The translations under genes were made by a program, and so were the position numbers. Shown one piece after another: positions 37,351 to 46,763 of a stretch of DNA of 64,000 nucleotides. The notes below the pieces were generated by a model. The model did not search any database. It had not been told where the DNA came from and saw nothing but the letters and a program-made list of their open reading frames with translations. The DNA comes from an uncultured virus (IMG/VR IMGVR_UViG_3300012665_000884) (Duplodnaviria > Heunggongvirae > Uroviricota > Caudoviricetes): IMG/VR virus record IMGVR_UViG_3300012665_000884; one strand, written 5' to 3'. Each line of letters opens with the position of its first letter. Within the stretch, counting starts at the first letter, position 1.

Positions 37351-38583
37351 ATGATAGATAATTGTGAATTAATTGATGAATGTATTGCTTGCGGCAACAA
37401 AGACTTGATGCCCGTTTTAGATTTGGGCAGTCAGCCACTAGCAAACTCATATAAAGATAATGCAGAAGATTTGGAACTTTATTTTCCACTGGCAATCAAT
37501 CGTTGCACTCACTGCCATCACGTACAACTAACACATCGGGTTAATCCTGACTTGATGTTTAAAGACTATTCTTATGTCTCCGGCACAGCCAAAACACAAT
37601 TGGATTTTTTCGATTGGTTCGCTGACTTTGCCGCAGAAAAGTATGGTACTCGTCCAATCAATGTATTGGATATTGGTTGTAATGATGGTAGTCAGTTAAA
37701 TGCATTTCAAAATAAAGGAGCCGAAACTTATGGCGTTGATCCAGCAGAAAATTTGTTTGCTACTTCTTCCGCAAGGCACAAAGTCTCATGTGGTTATTTC
37801 ACAGGTAAAGAATTTAAACATACCAAGTTTGATGTTATCACCTGCCAAAATGCTTTTGCGCACAACTTCAATCAACTGGAATTACTCCAAAACATTAAAG
37901 ATGTGATGCACAACGAATCTGTTCTATTTGCGACAACATCGCAATGTGATATGATTCTGAACGGCGAGTTTGATACAATTTACCATGAACATTTGTCATT
38001 CTACAATATCAAATCAATTGATATTTTGTGTAAACGTGCTGGATTGAATTTGATTGATGTAGTGAAGTCACCCGTTCACGGCATGAGTTACATCTTCATT
38101 ATCTCTAAGGGTAGAAAAGCATCCGCCACAGTACAAAACTTGATTGATTTGGAAACGATGAATGGTCTATACACACCTTCAACATATGAAAAGTACCAAT
38201 GGGATTGTTTGGATAATGTTAAGAAATTTGCAGACTATGTTAAAAGATGGAAATCTCAAGGTAAGACCGTAGTTGGTTATGGTGCACCAGCTAAAGGTAA
38301 CACATTGATGAACTTCGCTGGTATTGGTCCAGACTTTATTATTGATGATAATCCATTGAAACAGAATAAGTTCATTCCTGGTCTGGGTATTCCTATCTAT
38401 GGTTCATCACACTTGCAAAACTTTAAAGATGAAAAGGGTCTTGTGTTTATTCCTCTTGCATGGAATTTCTATACAGAAATTACTTCAAAGATTAGAGCAA
38501 TTCGTCCTGCAGGTGAAGATACATTCGTTCGTCACTTCCCTGTGTTCACCGTACAAGAACCAGTAGCATATCATCACGTATGA
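37351..38583 (+). CDS. SAM-dependent sugar C-methyltransferase
   Basis: CIACG zinc site, LDIGCNDG, FDTIYHEH, GYGAPAKGNT, LAWNF. Confidence 0.88.
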   Translation: MIDNCELIDECIACGNKDLMPVLDLGSQPLANSYKDNAEDLELYFPLAINRCTHCHHVQLTHRVNPDLMFKDYSYVSGTAKTQLDFFDWFADFAAEKYGTRPINVLDIGCNDGSQLNAFQNKGAETYGVDPAENLFATSSARHKVSCGYFTGKEFKHTKFDVITCQNAFAHNFNQLELLQNIKDVMHNESVLFATTSQCDMILNGEFDTIYHEHLSFYNIKSIDILCKRAGLNLIDVVKSPVHGMSYIFIISKGRKASATVQNLIDLETMNGLYTPSTYEKYQWDCLDNVKKFADYVKRWKSQGKTVVGYGAPAKGNTLMNFAGIGPDFIIDDNPLKQNKFIPGLGIPIYGSSHLQNFKDEKGLVFIPLAWNFYTEITSKIRAIRPAGEDTFVRHFPVFTVQEPVAYHHV

Positions 38584-39272
38584 AAATAGGTATCGGTTTC
38601 TATGGTATCACTGAGGGTACCGATCCTAAGACTGGATATAGTCGTGACTTCAGACATTGTTGGGATAACATTCAACAGAATATTATTCAGCCTATCATTG
38701 CAAAGGGTCACGAAGTTAAAATATATGCTTCAACATATCCTTTCAAAGATGCATCCACTGAAAAAGAATTCTTTAAGTTAGTCAATCCAACGAAAGTTGT
38801 AATGTCTGACTTTGAGACTTCGGATGCATTTACCGCTAAATCAAAACTACATGATGCATTTGAAGGTGAAGATTTAGATTTTATTATCTTCACACGATTT
38901 GATATCCACTTTCACCAAAACATTTTAGAACTTGATTTGCATGATAGAAAGATAAACTTTTTATTTCCTGAAGGCGATGGATGGTGGGAACGAGTGATGT
39001 TTACATGTGATTGTTTCTATGCATGGCCGCATGAGTTTAGTGGTAATGTTAAAGTTGCTATGCGTGAGACTTATGGATGGCCTAGAGGCACACAATATCC
39101 TGATACCCATGGTATGATGAATATGTTATTGAAATCTGTGTCCATGGAAAACATTCATATGATGAGCATGGAGCCACAGATAAGTAATGTGAATAAATTT
39201 TATACATTATGCAGACCGAATGTTCCAGAACATCCCTGCAAACATCCTGATGTGAAAGCGAAATATGGCTAA
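38580..39272 (+). CDS. Hypothetical protein, possible glycosyltransferase
   Basis: DFIIFTRFD motif; lies within sugar cluster. Confidence 0.5.
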   Translation: MKIGIGFYGITEGTDPKTGYSRDFRHCWDNIQQNIIQPIIAKGHEVKIYASTYPFKDASTEKEFFKLVNPTKVVMSDFETSDAFTAKSKLHDAFEGEDLDFIIFTRFDIHFHQNILELDLHDRKINFLFPEGDGWWERVMFTCDCFYAWPHEFSGNVKVAMRETYGWPRGTQYPDTHGMMNMLLKSVSMENIHMMSMEPQISNVNKFYTLCRPNVPEHPCKHPDVKAKYG

Positions 39273-40002
39273 GAATTTGATTATATGCCCTGTTGGTATG
39301 GAAATGCCACATGACCCGAGATGGAAAAAAGAAGACCACTGGAGATGGACAAACAATCCAAGATTGTATGAAACTCTCTTGGTAGTTTACAATGACTTTG
39401 AACCTGAGCCTGGTTCATATGACCACATCATCCGAATGAAAGGTCACAAATGGCAATTAGTGCAAGAGGTTGCTAAAGTTTTTCCTCTTGAGAAATATGA
39501 CTATATTGGTTGTGTTGATGATGATTTGATAACTGGTTACCAAGACTTTAATGCTGGACTACATTTAGCATACACATTCAATTTCCAATACTGGCAATTA
39601 TCCATGCCACACGATTCAAGTCTAATCTATGGACCATTGTTTAACGATCCTACTTGTGACTTTAGTGAAACGAACTTTATCGAAATGGGTTCTTGTTTCT
39701 TCACACTAGAGAAGTTCAAGTTCCTCATGGAATTTATCGGACATTGGGACTTAGAAATTGCTTGGGGTATTGATAAGACATTCTATGATTTGTTCCAGTG
39801 TCCAGCGAATGTTGTTCATATGGGTATGATTCATCAACCAATCCGTGACAGTTACTATGACAAGAAACGGGCTATGGATGAGATGAACAACTATTTGTTC
39901 TATACATATCCCAAGATTCTCAAAGAACATTATGGGCGTGAATCACATTTTGTTGACAGACAAGATGTGCTTAAAAAATTTAAGTTGAGACAAAATGATT
40001 AA
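39265..40002 (+). CDS. Putative GT-A glycosyltransferase (DUF707-like)
   Basis: YDYIGCVDDD, TNFIEMG, AWGID. Confidence 0.65.
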   Translation: MAKNLIICPVGMEMPHDPRWKKEDHWRWTNNPRLYETLLVVYNDFEPEPGSYDHIIRMKGHKWQLVQEVAKVFPLEKYDYIGCVDDDLITGYQDFNAGLHLAYTFNFQYWQLSMPHDSSLIYGPLFNDPTCDFSETNFIEMGSCFFTLEKFKFLMEFIGHWDLEIAWGIDKTFYDLFQCPANVVHMGMIHQPIRDSYYDKKRAMDEMNNYLFYTYPKILKEHYGRESHFVDRQDVLKKFKLRQND

Positions 40003-40528
40003 ACTCGTTGTATTAGATATTGATGGTGTGATGACTGATGGTAAAAAGTACTATGATAAGGATGGTACCGTCAGATTCAAAACATTCTGTGACAAAGACT
40101 GGACTGCCATCAAACGTTTTCGTGCGCTAGGCTTACAAGTTGTATTCTTGACTGGCGATCCATTCAATGTTTCTATCGCAGAGAATCGCAAAATTGATAT
40201 ATACGTAAATCGTCAGAATGGTGTACATAGTGACAAGTCTAATTATTTGACTGAGTTATGTGCAACATACAATGTCATTCCTGATGAAATTGCTTTTGCT
40301 GGTGATGATATCTTTGATTTGAAACTCATGCGATTGGTCGGTAGAGCATACTGTCCAACAGATTCGCCAGAAATTGTACAAGATGTGGCAATTCGTTTGA
40401 CTAAGGGTGGTGAGAATTTTGTGATGACTATGTTTGACCATATGCAAAAAACAAATCAGTTACCGGCATTTGATTTTCTTGAACACCTCGAACGAGTATA
40501 TGAATTGGATTTACAGGAGAAATTCTGA
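39995..40528 (+). CDS. KdsC-like HAD phosphatase
   Basis: LDIDGVMTDG, AGDDIFD. Confidence 0.85.
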   Translation: MIKLVVLDIDGVMTDGKKYYDKDGTVRFKTFCDKDWTAIKRFRALGLQVVFLTGDPFNVSIAENRKIDIYVNRQNGVHSDKSNYLTELCATYNVIPDEIAFAGDDIFDLKLMRLVGRAYCPTDSPEIVQDVAIRLTKGGENFVMTMFDHMQKTNQLPAFDFLEHLERVYELDLQEKF

Positions 40529-41205
40529 TGTTTGATATTACTTTGTATGGACACCTGTTTAATGATACAATCTATGATGGTCAGTTGGAGACTATGGCAC
40601 TTGGTGGTATTGCTAACTGCTGGAAAGCATTAAACACAATTGATTCGAATCTAAGTGTTGGTTTATCTCCGACTGCATTGTGTGAGGCAAACATCTACAT
40701 CGAAAGAAATCAGAATAAGCGCAGTTCTATTGCCAACTTCAACACAGAAGTTTTTGAGCCAACAATAAAAGAATCTAAAATTTCACATGTCATGTACATC
40801 AATCAGTTGCCGAATGTAGATTTCATTCACAAACTTAATGGTATTGTTAGTGCAGATACTTGTAATGGACCAGAGATTAAAAATGAAAATGTATTAGAAT
40901 TTATTGATTATCTTTTTGTTGCCGATGAAGATGGACAAGATATCGACTTTCTACGCAAGAATGTTAAAGGTTTTGTGATTCTACATTCATCAAACAGTAG
41001 TAAGATTCTCCGTAAGACTACAGAGATTGATTTTGTTGTGCCACAAAAATGGATAGTTCAAAATGTTAATGTCCTTGGTGCAGGTGATTTCTTCGCATCA
41101 TCGTTTTTGTATGCTATACATAAAGCGTGGCCACTAGAATGTGCAGTTGAATATGCTCACACCACCACATCTGATTTGATTAGGAAATATAATGAAGAAA
41201 TATAA
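40528..41205 (+). CDS. PfkB-family carbohydrate kinase
   Basis: LGGIAN, NVLGAGDFFA. Confidence 0.75.
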   Translation: MFDITLYGHLFNDTIYDGQLETMALGGIANCWKALNTIDSNLSVGLSPTALCEANIYIERNQNKRSSIANFNTEVFEPTIKESKISHVMYINQLPNVDFIHKLNGIVSADTCNGPEIKNENVLEFIDYLFVADEDGQDIDFLRKNVKGFVILHSSNSSKILRKTTEIDFVVPQKWIVQNVNVLGAGDFFASSFLYAIHKAWPLECAVEYAHTTTSDLIRKYNEEI

Positions 41206-42343
41206 TTTAGTTTTGCCTATCGCAGGCAAAGCCCAGCGTTTTATTGATGCTGGCTACATGATGCCGAAACCTTTAATTCTAGCTAAAGGTAAGCATGTTA
41301 TTGATTGGTCACTAGAATCTGTTGACACCTCAGAGTGTAACTTGATTTTCATCGTAAGACTTGACCACATCTACAATTTTAGTATCGACAAGATTCTGAA
41401 ACAAAAGTTTGGTGAAGATATCACCATTATTTCCGTTGACCATGTAACTCAAGGCGCACTTGAAACATGTTTACTTGCTGAAGGATACATTGACAATGAC
41501 ACACCTCTATACATTTACACTCCCGATGTTTACTTTGGGCCACAATTTAATCCCAATTGTGTTGGTGATGCTGATGGTTTTTTGTTGACGTTTCTTGCTA
41601 ACAGTCCAGACCATAGTTATGCTGAAATTGGCGAAGGTGGTGTTGTTTCACGTGTAGTTGAGAAAGAAGTTATTAGTGAACATGCAAACGTTGGCTTGTA
41701 TTACTTTAAGACAGGTAGCATGTTTCTGAAGTATGCATGGGAAGCCATTGATAAGAAGTTGTTAATCAAGGGCGAATACTATATTGCACCAATCTACAAT
41801 TTTATGATTCGTGATGGATTGAAAGTTACCGCATGTGATACTGAAAAAATGCACATTCTTGGTACACCAGCCACCTTTGAATTCTTCTGTGATAGAGTTC
41901 TACCATACTTTGGTGATAAACCTATTGCACTAGCATGTGACCATTCTGGATTTGAATTGAAAGAAATTGCACGTGAGATTTTGGATGAATATTTCATTCC
42001 TTACATTGATTGTGGCACGTATGTGAACAAGCCTTGTGATTATTTTGATTATGTCAGTCAGTCCGCACAACTAATCAACAACAATGATTGTGACTTTGGA
42101 TTGTCATTCTGTCGTTCAGGTCAGGGTGTCAATATTTCTGGTAACAAAGCTGGACTAATCTCCGCTCTGTGTTTTGATGAATTCACCGCTGAAATGGCAA
42201 TTCGTCACAATTGTGCCAATCATTTTGCTGTTCCATCTAAGTATGTTGATAAAGACATGCTTCGTAAAATGATTCAGCTTTGGTTTACCACTACATTTGA
42301 TGGTGGTCGTCACTTCACCCGTTTGAATAAGGTACTCAAATAA
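41192..42343 (+). CDS. Sugar nucleotidyltransferase fused to RpiB/LacAB sugar-phosphate isomerase
   Basis: PIAGKAQRF..PKPLI in N-part; ACDHSGFELK, CRSGQG, AIRHNCAN, FDGGRH in C-part. Confidence 0.85.
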   Translation: MKKYNLVLPIAGKAQRFIDAGYMMPKPLILAKGKHVIDWSLESVDTSECNLIFIVRLDHIYNFSIDKILKQKFGEDITIISVDHVTQGALETCLLAEGYIDNDTPLYIYTPDVYFGPQFNPNCVGDADGFLLTFLANSPDHSYAEIGEGGVVSRVVEKEVISEHANVGLYYFKTGSMFLKYAWEAIDKKLLIKGEYYIAPIYNFMIRDGLKVTACDTEKMHILGTPATFEFFCDRVLPYFGDKPIALACDHSGFELKEIAREILDEYFIPYIDCGTYVNKPCDYFDYVSQSAQLINNNDCDFGLSFCRSGQGVNISGNKAGLISALCFDEFTAEMAIRHNCANHFAVPSKYVDKDMLRKMIQLWFTTTFDGGRHFTRLNKVLK

Positions 42344-42792
42344 TGTTAATTGCACATAGAGGAAATACTGAAGGTCGTATCAAAGAACTAGAAAACGATC
42401 CAGCATATATCGAAAAGGCAATCTCTCAAGGCTTTATGGCTGAGGTTGACCTGTGGAAAAATGGCGAAAGATTATATCTTGGACATGATGATGGACAGCA
42501 TGATATCAACTTTTCATGGTTGTATACAAGAAAAGCACATCTCCTAGTTCATTGTAAGAACCGTGAATCTTTTGACCATGCATTAAGAAATGGTTTACAT
42601 GCATTCTGGCACACAGAAGAGGACTATGTGCTATCAAGTTGGGGTTACTGTATTGGTTATCCTGGCAAGTTGGGCGCTGGCACTAGATTCATTCTTGGCG
42701 TTCCAGAAAAACATTGGGAAAATGTAGAAGACTGTAAGCCATTCATTACTTTTGGTGTTCTAAGTGACTATGTAAAACTGCTAAATACATAA
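42343..42792 (+). CDS. Glycerophosphodiester phosphodiesterase-like protein
   Basis: IAHRGN, EN, EVD, LGHD, HCKN. Confidence 0.75.
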   Translation: MLIAHRGNTEGRIKELENDPAYIEKAISQGFMAEVDLWKNGERLYLGHDDGQHDINFSWLYTRKAHLLVHCKNRESFDHALRNGLHAFWHTEEDYVLSSWGYCIGYPGKLGAGTRFILGVPEKHWENVEDCKPFITFGVLSDYVKLLNT

Positions 42793-42795
42793 ATA
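42781..42795 (+). promoter_or_regulatory. Tandem late-promoter variants CTAAATA / CATAAATA
   Basis: Two TAAATA cores before the 846-aa gene. Confidence 0.55.
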
Positions 42796-42830
42796 ATATA
42801 TTAATTTAACTTGCTGTAGAGGCGGGAAAT

Positions 42831-45371
42831 ATGGATTTTAAGCAGTTCTTAAACGAACAAACAGAGAAACACGCTGTCCTAGCATTTGGACGCATGAACC
42901 CACCAACCACTGGTCACGCCAAGTTGGTTGACAAAGTAAAAGAAGTGGCAAAATCTGTGGGCGGAACACATCACGTTGTTCTATCTCACAGTCAGGATGC
43001 AAAAAAGAATCCATTGTCGGCTGAGCAAAAACTTAAACACGCCCACAGATTCTTTCCTAATACCAATCTGAGTACCTCAGATAAAGAACACCCAACATTC
43101 CTTCAACATGCTGCCAAGTTGCACAAAGCTGGTGCTACACACTTGCACATGATTGCAGGTTCTGACCGTGTTGACGAATATAAGAAAAAACTAGCACAAT
43201 ACAATGGAAAACATGAAGGTGCATTGTATAACTTCAAGCACATAACTGTTCACTCTGCTGGCGAACGTGATCCTGATGCTGAAGGCACTGAAGGTATGTC
43301 TGCATCCAAGATGCGTGAACATGCCAAGAATAATAACTTGAAAGACTTTAAGAAGGGTATTCCTTCACATGTGCCTCATGAACATGCAAAAGAATTAATG
43401 CACGATGTTCGTAAAGGTATGGCAATCAAAGAAGACTTCTCTGCGATGGTACAAAACATCCTCACTGAAGGTGTGCATGATACTGCAATCTTTAAGGCTG
43501 TATTCTTATCCGGCGGTCCTGGTTCGGGTAAAGACTATATCTTGGATAACACACTTGCTGGTCATGGATTGACAGAAATTAACTCCGACAAAGCATTAGA
43601 ATTCTTGATGGATAAAAATAATCTAGACAAGAAGATGCCAGAATCCGAAGCCGAAGCACGTAACTTAGTCCGCGGTAAAGCAAAAGATGTTACAGAATTA
43701 CGACAAAAACTAGCATTGCTTGGTAGAAATGGTCTTATTATTAATGGCACAGGCGATGAACCTAAAAAGTATGCTAAAATCAAGAAAGAACTTGAAGAAC
43801 TGGGATATGAGACTTCCATGATTGCTGTGTTAACTGACGATAAAATTTCAGCGCAACGTAATATTGAACGTGGTCAGCGTGGTGGTCGTACAGTGCCTGA
43901 GAACATTCGTAAAGAGAAATGGGACTCAGTTTCTAATGCTCGTCCAGAAATGGCTAAGTTGTTTGGTAGCAATTATAAAGAAATTGATAATTCAATAGAT
44001 TTGCGTGACCAATCTATTTCGATTGAAGATAGAGATGCTAAGAAAAAAGAGATGTTACAACTCTTTAAAGGCATTCAAGAATTCGTTAAGAAACCACCGA
44101 GAAGTCAACAAGCAAAACAATGGGTTGCTGGAGAACTATCTAAGAAAGATACACTTCCTATTCCTAAGAATGGTGGTGAAATGGCTGGTCCACCTTCTAG
44201 TGATGGTACTGCCAGCGAAGCATCTAAACTAGGTTTACAGTACTTCGGATTTGGTCGCTACGGCAAGAATGGTAAGGTTACACACCACTCAGTTCACGGC
44301 AAATTGGTGCAAGACCCAACACATATCGAACAAGAAAAGATGGCTAAGAAGGCTGCTAACGTTACCGCATCGGCTTCAAGTGGTAGTCCTGCAAGAAAAC
44401 CAGTTAAAGAAGATTTCGACACTGATTTTGAAGAATTCTTATCTGAGGCAGTCTTAATCACAATCAATGCGGATACTGCTGATGAATTAAATCATGCTAT
44501 TAAGATGTTGACTGGTAATAATGAAAAAGAAGTTAAAGAAGAAAAATATAAATTGTCTGATACAAGTGCATATAATTTATTGACGTTGGGCACAGGAATG
44601 GTTAAAGAATCCCGTGAAGCAAACTACGGTGGTTCATACCAACAATCTGTCGCCAATCTCAAAGCAAAGGCCAAAAGTAAGCCTGTCGATATGAAATCAT
44701 TGGCTGCCAGAATGCAAGCATCATATGCGAAAGAGAAGCCTGAGCCAGCACAGACAAAACAAACAAACGAGAGTTATACTGGATTGAAAACTATTACTGT
44801 AGATGGTTGTGTGTATATTGCAAGTGGAGATAAACCTCGTATCTATATGTTAAGAAATTCTGCCGCAAAGGATGCACATAGTAACAATGGAGAAATTGTT
44901 AAGGCACCTAGAGGCTATATGGTTAAATTAAAGGATCAAAAAAATGCTAAAATTACTGAAAAGTTTCTTCAAGTCGAAACAAGTTCCGGCACTACTTCAA
45001 GCGCCAGTTACACAGTCACCGTCCCTACCGGAAGTGATAGTGGAACAGTCGCCCTCACCGAAAGTGGAGACAACTGTAGTTGCGGAAGCACCAAAGGAAA
45101 AATCACCATCGGTGAAATCAGAGCCAAGCAAAAAGAGAAATTACAAAAAGAAAGCATCGACAAAGGCATCGAAAGCGGAATGAGCATGGCTGCCGGTGGT
45201 GAATCGGGCAATCGTGACATGGGTGAGAAGTTAAACAAAAAAGGTAAAGCAACACCCGTAGAAGAAATGCAAGGCGATGAAACTACTGCATCTATTGGTG
45301 CCCAAAAATCAGATGAGTTGAAAAAAGTTGGCATATCAATGTCAACATTCAAAGCAAAAGGAACACTATGA
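42831..45371 (+). CDS. Multidomain protein: cytidyltransferase-like NTase, zeta/PNK-like P-loop kinase, small modules
   Basis: FGRMNPPTTGH, GSDR, MSASKMR; GGPGSGK, INGTG, RNIERGQRGGRTVP; start MDFKQFLNE. Confidence 0.8.
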   Translation: MDFKQFLNEQTEKHAVLAFGRMNPPTTGHAKLVDKVKEVAKSVGGTHHVVLSHSQDAKKNPLSAEQKLKHAHRFFPNTNLSTSDKEHPTFLQHAAKLHKAGATHLHMIAGSDRVDEYKKKLAQYNGKHEGALYNFKHITVHSAGERDPDAEGTEGMSASKMREHAKNNNLKDFKKGIPSHVPHEHAKELMHDVRKGMAIKEDFSAMVQNILTEGVHDTAIFKAVFLSGGPGSGKDYILDNTLAGHGLTEINSDKALEFLMDKNNLDKKMPESEAEARNLVRGKAKDVTELRQKLALLGRNGLIINGTGDEPKKYAKIKKELEELGYETSMIAVLTDDKISAQRNIERGQRGGRTVPENIRKEKWDSVSNARPEMAKLFGSNYKEIDNSIDLRDQSISIEDRDAKKKEMLQLFKGIQEFVKKPPRSQQAKQWVAGELSKKDTLPIPKNGGEMAGPPSSDGTASEASKLGLQYFGFGRYGKNGKVTHHSVHGKLVQDPTHIEQEKMAKKAANVTASASSGSPARKPVKEDFDTDFEEFLSEAVLITINADTADELNHAIKMLTGNNEKEVKEEKYKLSDTSAYNLLTLGTGMVKESREANYGGSYQQSVANLKAKAKSKPVDMKSLAARMQASYAKEKPEPAQTKQTNESYTGLKTITVDGCVYIASGDKPRIYMLRNSAAKDAHSNNGEIVKAPRGYMVKLKDQKNAKITEKFLQVETSSGTTSSASYTVTVPTGSDSGTVALTESGDNCSCGSTKGKITIGEIRAKQKEKLQKESIDKGIESGMSMAAGGESGNRDMGEKLNKKGKATPVEEMQGDETTASIGAQKSDELKKVGISMSTFKAKGTL
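44944..45183 (+). CDS. Possible overprinted small protein nested in an alternative frame
   Basis: AAGGA RBS 8 nt before ATG; amphipathic N-terminus, Pro/Glu linker, basic tail. Confidence 0.4.
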   Translation: MLKLLKSFFKSKQVPALLQAPVTQSPSLPEVIVEQSPSPKVETTVVAEAPKEKSPSVKSEPSKKRNYKKKASTKASKAE

Positions 45372-45664
45372 AATCATTCAAGACATTTGTTTCTGAAGGT
45401 TCAGCCGCATGGCAACGCAAAGAAGGCAAGAATCCTGAAGGTGGTTTGAATCGTAAAGGTATTGCATCATACCGTCGTGAGAATCCAGGTTCTAAACTGT
45501 CTATGGCAGTTACAACACCTCCCTCAAAATTGGATCCAGATAGTAAGTCTGCTAAACGCCGTAAGTCATTCTGTGCTAGAATGGGTGGTGTTGATGGTCC
45601 AATGAAAAAGCCAAATGGCGAGCCTACTCGTAAGGCACTCGCACTAAGAAAGTGGAACTGTTAA
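45368..45664 (+). CDS. Basic conserved phage protein (DUF6321-like)
   Basis: AWQRKEGKNPEGGLN, RRKSFCARM, ALRKWNC; start MKSFKTFVSE. Confidence 0.75.
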   Translation: MKSFKTFVSEGSAAWQRKEGKNPEGGLNRKGIASYRRENPGSKLSMAVTTPPSKLDPDSKSAKRRKSFCARMGGVDGPMKKPNGEPTRKALALRKWNC

Positions 45665-46738
45665 ATGGCACAGTATAAAGTAGAAACTGGTTCTTACGAC
45701 CCAAAAATCTCCAAACATTTTGAAGTAATGATGTTGGCCAATGGTGCCAACGGAGAAATTGTATCAACAAGCAATCCATTGCCAGTAACTCTAGGTTCTA
45801 GTAATATTACAATTACCGGAAGTGTTAATGTTGGAACAACAGTTAATGTGGCCAGTACACCAGAAAATTCTGTCCATACACATATCACGGAAGTAGGTAC
45901 CAGCGGGCTAATTGCTGTACCCTACATGCCCATTGGCGGAAATGTTAACATTGGTACAATGCCAGAAGTAGAGATTAAGAACGATTCAGGAAATCCAATA
46001 ACAATTACAGGCAGTGTGACTACTATCGGTGGTAGTGCCCAAGGCAAGTTATGGACTATGCAGATAGCACAGGGATTAATTGCTGGGCATAGCGTAGTAC
46101 AAGTTACAGGATATAATCCAGCCACATCAGCGGGTGATGCTGTATGGTCTGGCGGCACACCCTATCCTTGGAGCAGTTTTACTACAGCACAGACTTTATA
46201 TTTAAAGAGTTCAACCAACAATGCCACTGACAGAAGTATGCCAATGTTTATCGAAGGATTGGATGCTAACTATGTTGTTCAAACAGAAGTTGTGGCATTA
46301 AATGCCTCAGACTCAAGAACAGCAGTAGCAACAACTAAACAATTTTTACGCATTCTCAACATATATTGTAACGGCACAGAAACTAACGTGGGTGACATTA
46401 CTACACACGTTACATCAGGCACAGGCACTCTAGTTTCCAAAATATCAGCAGGTAGAGGTAGTGCTAGAGCGGGAATTTATACCATACCTGCGGGATATAC
46501 TGGATACTTGTTCAAAGGTGATGCCAGCTCAACAGCGGCAACTGTAGTAAACTTTATGGGCCGCTATTTTGGTAAAGCATTTATGGTTCTTCACGTTGCG
46601 ATTGTGGACAACAGCACTTACATTTACGACTTTCCATTTCCACTGATATTGCCGGAAAAGACCGACATGTACTGTACCATAGAAGCAGGCTCTGGAAAGA
46701 CAGCTATAAATTACGAGATACTGTTAGTGGCTAATTAA
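45665..46738 (+). CDS. Putative virion structural protein
   Basis: Thr/Gly/Val-rich; SNPLPV, PEVEIKNDSGNPI, YTIPAGYTGYL. Confidence 0.6.
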   Translation: MAQYKVETGSYDPKISKHFEVMMLANGANGEIVSTSNPLPVTLGSSNITITGSVNVGTTVNVASTPENSVHTHITEVGTSGLIAVPYMPIGGNVNIGTMPEVEIKNDSGNPITITGSVTTIGGSAQGKLWTMQIAQGLIAGHSVVQVTGYNPATSAGDAVWSGGTPYPWSSFTTAQTLYLKSSTNNATDRSMPMFIEGLDANYVVQTEVVALNASDSRTAVATTKQFLRILNIYCNGTETNVGDITTHVTSGTGTLVSKISAGRGSARAGIYTIPAGYTGYLFKGDASSTAATVVNFMGRYFGKAFMVLHVAIVDNSTYIYDFPFPLILPEKTDMYCTIEAGSGKTAINYEILLVAN

Positions 46739-46763
46739 CAATAATAATTAAAAGGAAAAACTT

